Shown here: positions 60,417-64,000 of the stretch, piece after piece | Position numbering within the stretch: position 1 is the first letter of the stretch | Layout of the letters: each line of letters begins with the position of its first letter | Source of the DNA: a virus | DNA length: 64,000 nt | Virus record (IMG/VR): IMGVR_UViG_3300019888_000005 | Coordinates: 2,759-66,758 of that record | Strand: one strand, 5' to 3' | Notes under the pieces: generated by a model | What the model was told of the DNA's origin: nothing | Seen by the model: only the letters and a program-made list of their open reading frames with translations | Databases searched by the model: none | Program-made: the position numbers and the translations under genes

Positions 60417-61177
60417 GTTGGTGGCACCCCGTCAAGCCGAGCCCTGCTCCGGTTTCCGCTCCGATCCCGATGACACAAGGAAGCGATCCCATGACAAGCA
60501 CACTGCTCACAGATTCGTTCGTCGGGCCGGATGGATTCATCTGTTCCGAGACGCATCAAGCACCCCCCGGCTCGCTGTGGGTGCTGACCAGTGGTTCGCT
60601 GTTCCGAAGCAACAACGAGGGGTGGACGGGGAAACCGAACACCGGAAACCCTCCGGACAGCGGCAGCACACCGACAGGGGTCACGGACTCGTCCATCTTT
60701 CGAATGACCACTGCCGCAACCAATTTCGGCAACGTCGACATCTCGCTGTTTCTGCGGGTAGACGCTTTCGTCAGCGACAGCCAGACTCCAGCGGTTCCTT
60801 GGGACGGTGCGCACATCTGGGTTCGGCATCAGTCGCCGTTCCAGCTCTATGCGGTCAGCGTATGTCGTCGAGACGGCACGATGATCATCAAGAAGAAGAT
60901 CAAGGGAGGTCCCGATCCCAGTGCTGGGGGCACCTATTACGATCTCAGTCCGTCTGTTGGCCCTGCGCCTGTGGTGCTCGGCAAGTGGATGCATGTCGTG
61001 GTGTCCGTTCGCGATCTTGCCGATGGCAGCGTGTCGATCACTGCCGTGCGTGACGGCTACAAGGTGTCCGCCGTGGACAAGGGAACTGGCGCGCCTCCTC
61101 TTCGAGGCAGCGCGGCCTTCGGGATTCGGGGCGACAACGTGGAACTCCGTTTCGCCTCGGTCGGGGTTCAGGGCTGA
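60413..61177 (+). CDS. Lectin-like beta-sandwich protein (paralog 2, no obvious signal peptide)
   Basis: Aligns end to end with paralog 1 (GWTG, FRM, DGAHIW, RRDG.M.IKKK, GGTYYDL, GIRGDN). Confidence 0.7.
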   Translation: MSWWHPVKPSPAPVSAPIPMTQGSDPMTSTLLTDSFVGPDGFICSETHQAPPGSLWVLTSGSLFRSNNEGWTGKPNTGNPPDSGSTPTGVTDSSIFRMTTAATNFGNVDISLFLRVDAFVSDSQTPAVPWDGAHIWVRHQSPFQLYAVSVCRRDGTMIIKKKIKGGPDPSAGGTYYDLSPSVGPAPVVLGKWMHVVVSVRDLADGSVSITAVRDGYKVSAVDKGTGAPPLRGSAAFGIRGDNVELRFASVGVQG

Positions 61178-61189
61178 TGATCTGATCCG

Positions 61190-61219
61190 GTAACGCTTCT
61201 CCGAGTATCTCGATATATT
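61190..61219 (+). promoter_or_regulatory. GTAAC-N17 promoter copy
   Basis: GTAACG...CGATATATT. Confidence 0.72.
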
Positions 61220-61266
61220 AAAAGAGACACACTGTCCGTGAAGAACTCCCACGAAGAGGTGAAGAG

Positions 61267-61914
61267 ATGACCGACGCGCGCGTATCGCTTTACGATCTCA
61301 TGCAGGTAGACCTGCCCGAGGGCCGATCCGGGGATGTCGCCGTCGAGCGGTTCGAGATCACCGAGCGCGAGATTGCGATCACGTCGATGCGGGACGGTAG
61401 TCGGGGATACACCCCACCGGGGACCTACACCCGGCTTACCCGCAGGCACGGACTGTGGATGAGCGATACGCACGCGGAGCGCCGGGATCACTTGGAGCCG
61501 CTGTGGAAGGCCCGGCGTCTCTCATCGGGGTTCAAGGTTCTGGTGACGGGACTGGGGCTCGGCATGGTGGTGCGGGCGATGATCCTAGGGACCGACGTGG
61601 GGCACATCGACGTCGTGGAGATCGACCCGGACGTCGTCGCACTGGTGGGTCCCTATTACGAGAAGCTGGCAGCCGAGCACGGCAAGACTCTCACGATCCA
61701 CCTGGGTGACGCCTTCGATCGCAAGGTGTTGTTCGGCCCGAACGATTACTGGGACATCGCCTGGCACGACATCTGGCAGGACCTGTGTCTCGACAACTTG
61801 ACCGGGATGGGGAGTCTTGCGCGCCGATACACCAGATTCGTTGGGTGGCAAGGATTCTGGGGTAAGGAATTTCTCCACCGCGAGCGAGCGAGACAGGGGG
61901 TGTGGTATCGGTGA
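61267..61914 (+). CDS. Class I SAM-dependent methyltransferase (spermidine-synthase-like fold)
   Basis: WMSDT..E, VLVTGLGLG, VVEIDPDV, GDAF, WDIAWHDIW. Confidence 0.8.
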   Translation: MTDARVSLYDLMQVDLPEGRSGDVAVERFEITEREIAITSMRDGSRGYTPPGTYTRLTRRHGLWMSDTHAERRDHLEPLWKARRLSSGFKVLVTGLGLGMVVRAMILGTDVGHIDVVEIDPDVVALVGPYYEKLAAEHGKTLTIHLGDAFDRKVLFGPNDYWDIAWHDIWQDLCLDNLTGMGSLARRYTRFVGWQGFWGKEFLHRERARQGVWYR

Positions 61915-62126
61915 CCGCGGGAGTGGTGGAGCTGTGCAAGAACGGGCTTCATCCCTGGATGCCCGAGAATATGATTTTTGTTCGTCACGAAAGTGGACGA
62001 ACAGGACGAACCTGCTTGGCGTGCCGAAGGGCATCGCGTCGGCAGTGGGAACTACGTAATCGCTGGAAGCGACAAGAACGTGACCGGCAACGTAGTGCCC
62101 ATCGAAGTAGAGAAACTCGGACGTGA
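61911..62126 (+). CDS. Stand-alone HNH-tail-type zinc finger
   Basis: CKNGLH...EN.........TCLACRR. Confidence 0.55.
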   Translation: MTAGVVELCKNGLHPWMPENMIFVRHESGRTGRTCLACRRASRRQWELRNRWKRQERDRQRSAHRSRETRT

Positions 62127-62168
62127 GTGCGTTCGAGTCAGGCAATATCTATCACAAGGGAAAACACT

Positions 62169-62582
62169 TTGAGTATCAAATCTGTCACCATCGCCGCCTT
62201 GGCCGTTGGTGCCGTATCCATCAGCTCTGCTGGACTCGCTCACGCCGACGTAACACCGGGGCCGCAACCTGTCTCTCCGGCGTTGCACGCGGTAGCGAGC
62301 AATGCGGAGAACAACGATGCGCTGAGTGCCTTCAGTACGTCCTTCGGTCTTGCGGTTGCGGTGGGTGGATTCATCGGTACGGGGATAGGGGCCGGTATCG
62401 GGTGTATTGCCGGGTTGCCTGCAGCGGGAATCGGATGTATTCCCGGAGCGCTCGTGGGCGCGCCCATCGGTGCTCTGATCGGCACTCTGGTCATCGGAGG
62501 TCCGGTGTTGATCGGTACGGGAATTGATTACGTGAACACTCTCAACGCGGCACCTGGTACCAGTCGTTGGGCCGACAACTGA
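62169..62582 (+). CDS. Secreted glycine-zipper protein 1
   Basis: TTG start after AAGGG; Sec signal ending AHA; GxxxG repeats with a Cys pair. Confidence 0.75.
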   Translation: MSIKSVTIAALAVGAVSISSAGLAHADVTPGPQPVSPALHAVASNAENNDALSAFSTSFGLAVAVGGFIGTGIGAGIGCIAGLPAAGIGCIPGALVGAPIGALIGTLVIGGPVLIGTGIDYVNTLNAAPGTSRWADN

Positions 62583-62737
62583 CCGCCTGAGTTGATCAGT
62601 GGGAATTGCGCGGCTGCCGGATTTCTCCGGTTGGCAGGTCACCGTCAGAGGCGCATGAGCGGGTAGGGGTTAGGCCCGTCAGAAACTTGAGCGTGATTGC
62701 GCTCAGGATTGGGAACTCAATAGAGAAGAGATATGTG

Positions 62738-63178
62738 ATGACATACGTACGTGCAGTGAGTCTGGGTCTGATCACGTTGGTCATGGGAGCGGCAGGGACG
62801 GGGATAGCCTCGGCGGCTCCGGTGGAGAGTGCTGTTGTCTCCCCTGCCGAGCAGAACATGGCGTGGAACACCTTCGGCGAGGAAGTTGCTCTCGGTACGG
62901 CTGTTGGTACTCCTCTGGGTGCTGCCGCCGGGATTGTTCCCGGAGCGGTCATCGGGGCCGGAGTCGGGTGTGTCGCTGCTGGTCTGCTCGCCGGGGTCGT
63001 CATCCCGGTTGCCGGTTTGGTGTTCGCACCGAGTGCGTGCCTGACCGCTGGACTGGTCGGCGCGGGTACTGGTGCTGCTCTGGGGGCTGCGCTCGGTGGC
63101 GCTCTCGGTGGCGCTGCCGGTGCCGGTACCGCTGCTGCCCTGGGAGCCAATCAGCTTCAGGACAAGCTCAACCCCTAG
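62738..63178 (+). CDS. Secreted glycine-zipper protein 2
   Basis: Sec signal ending ASA; long GxxxGxxxG run with a Cys pair. Confidence 0.75.
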   Translation: MTYVRAVSLGLITLVMGAAGTGIASAAPVESAVVSPAEQNMAWNTFGEEVALGTAVGTPLGAAAGIVPGAVIGAGVGCVAAGLLAGVVIPVAGLVFAPSACLTAGLVGAGTGAALGAALGGALGGAAGAGTAAALGANQLQDKLNP

Positions 63179-63204
63179 CCATAAGGACAACCAGGGAGGT
63201 CGAG

Positions 63205-63426
63205 ATGAAGCTGTCGCAGAAGACTCCGGTACAGAAATTCAACGGTGGTCTGTCACTGTTTCTGATTGTCATTGTGATATCAGACCTGGTCAGTGGTGTG
63301 AACACCGCAATGGAGTGGGTTGGTGTCATCGGATTGACGGTCGTTGTTGTCTCAGGCCTTCTGACATTCTTTCGGACACCGCGTCCGATAGGTCAACACC
63401 GACAATCGAAGAGGGACAGAAAATGA
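63205..63426 (+). CDS. Small two-TM membrane protein
   Basis: GGAGGT SD; two hydrophobic helices and a basic tail. Confidence 0.65.
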   Translation: MKLSQKTPVQKFNGGLSLFLIVIVISDLVSGVNTAMEWVGVIGLTVVVVSGLLTFFRTPRPIGQHRQSKRDRK

Positions 63427-63773
63427 CTGAATACACGAGACGGACGATCGCCCTCTTGGCAGCGAGTGCCATTTCTGGGGCGGTGCTCGTCATGGTCCAA
63501 GCGCCACCGTCCGCGCACGCTTCCGATCTCGGAGGCTGCGCTATCGGACTGGGAGGTGCCCTCGGCGGGTTCGCGGGCATCATGGGCGGCATCGCGACAG
63601 CACCCGAGGTCATCGGACTGGGAGCGATAGCGGGTGGAGCTGCTGGCATGGGTGCGGGAATCCAGAAGGGGAATGCCAATTGCCCGCAGCTTCAGGCACC
63701 GGGTGATCCAGGGGCGGGGTTTCGGGCGGAACAGGACTGGCACGACCAGAACGTGACGCCAGGTTCCATGTAG
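63423..63773 (+). CDS. Secreted glycine-zipper protein 3
   Basis: Signal ending AHA; Cys-flanked G/A-rich hairpin. Confidence 0.7.
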   Translation: MTEYTRRTIALLAASAISGAVLVMVQAPPSAHASDLGGCAIGLGGALGGFAGIMGGIATAPEVIGLGAIAGGAAGMGAGIQKGNANCPQLQAPGDPGAGFRAEQDWHDQNVTPGSM

Positions 63774-63782
63774 ACAACCGTT

Positions 63783-63811
63783 GTCGGGCCGAACTGACAA
63801 CTCGGCCCGGC
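63783..63811 (+). terminator. GC-rich hairpin after the glycine-zipper cluster
   Basis: GTCGGGCCGA / TCGGCCCGGC, no U-tract. Confidence 0.45.
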
Positions 63812-63852
63812 TACGCAAATTCAAACACATTGCTAGAGAAAGGAATTGGCTG

Positions 63853-64000
63853 ATGGGTCAGTATTACAAGCCATGCATCATCACCGACGACAAGCCGCCG
63901 AAGGTGAAGTGGTTCATGTACAGCCATTTGTACGACAACGGTCTCAAGCTCATGGAGCACAGCTACGTCGGCAACGGGTTCGTGAAGGCCTTCGAGATAC
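63853..64000 (+). CDS. Hypothetical protein, partial
   Basis: AAAGGA SD; MGQYYKP...GLKLMEHSY runs off the window. Confidence 0.65.
   Translation, partial: MGQYYKPCIITDDKPPKVKWFMYSHLYDNGLKLMEHSYVGNGFVKAFEI

Noticed and set aside
62583-62730. c-di-AMP (ydaO) riboswitch
   Set aside because: Only fragments (GTAGGG, CCCGTCAG) resemble it; the other conserved blocks are missing

Overview
64 kb of a large GC-rich actinobacteriophage genome. The gene order resembles Bxz1/cluster-C mycobacteriophage and Rhodococcus phage E3-type myoviruses; the host is probably a mycolic-acid actinomycete such as Nocardia or Rhodococcus (inference). 1-5.6 kb: end of the baseplate/tail module, with an inverted HNH gene inserted in a gene start. 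5.7-29 kb: replication/recombination module (SNF2 helicase, 5'-3' exonuclease, DnaC-like loader, DnaB, primase, J-domain protein, SSB, DnaE, RecA, resolvase, Cas4-like nuclease, sigma-region-4 protein, DUF932) plus four more free-standing HNH genes. About 30 kb: a repeat- and palindrome-rich non-coding segment. 30-64 kb: a long + strand array of small accessory genes, punctuated by at least 9 copies of a GTAAC-N17-GAT/GTA promoter-like motif. The best candidate for an undescribed system is a coupled five-gene surface-polysaccharide operon at 55.4-61.2 kb: UDP-HexNAc dehydrogenase, hyaluronan-synthase-like GT2, CE4 deacetylase and two paralogous lectin-fold proteins. It is followed by a cluster of secreted glycine-zipper proteins. 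Also notable: an Acb2/Tad1-like sponge, an ArdC-like gene broken by a 22-bp tandem duplication, an atypical tRNA-like element and a possible +1 frameshift. All family calls come from motif recognition by eye; no database search was run, and many small ORFs between 31 and 55 kb are not listed individually.
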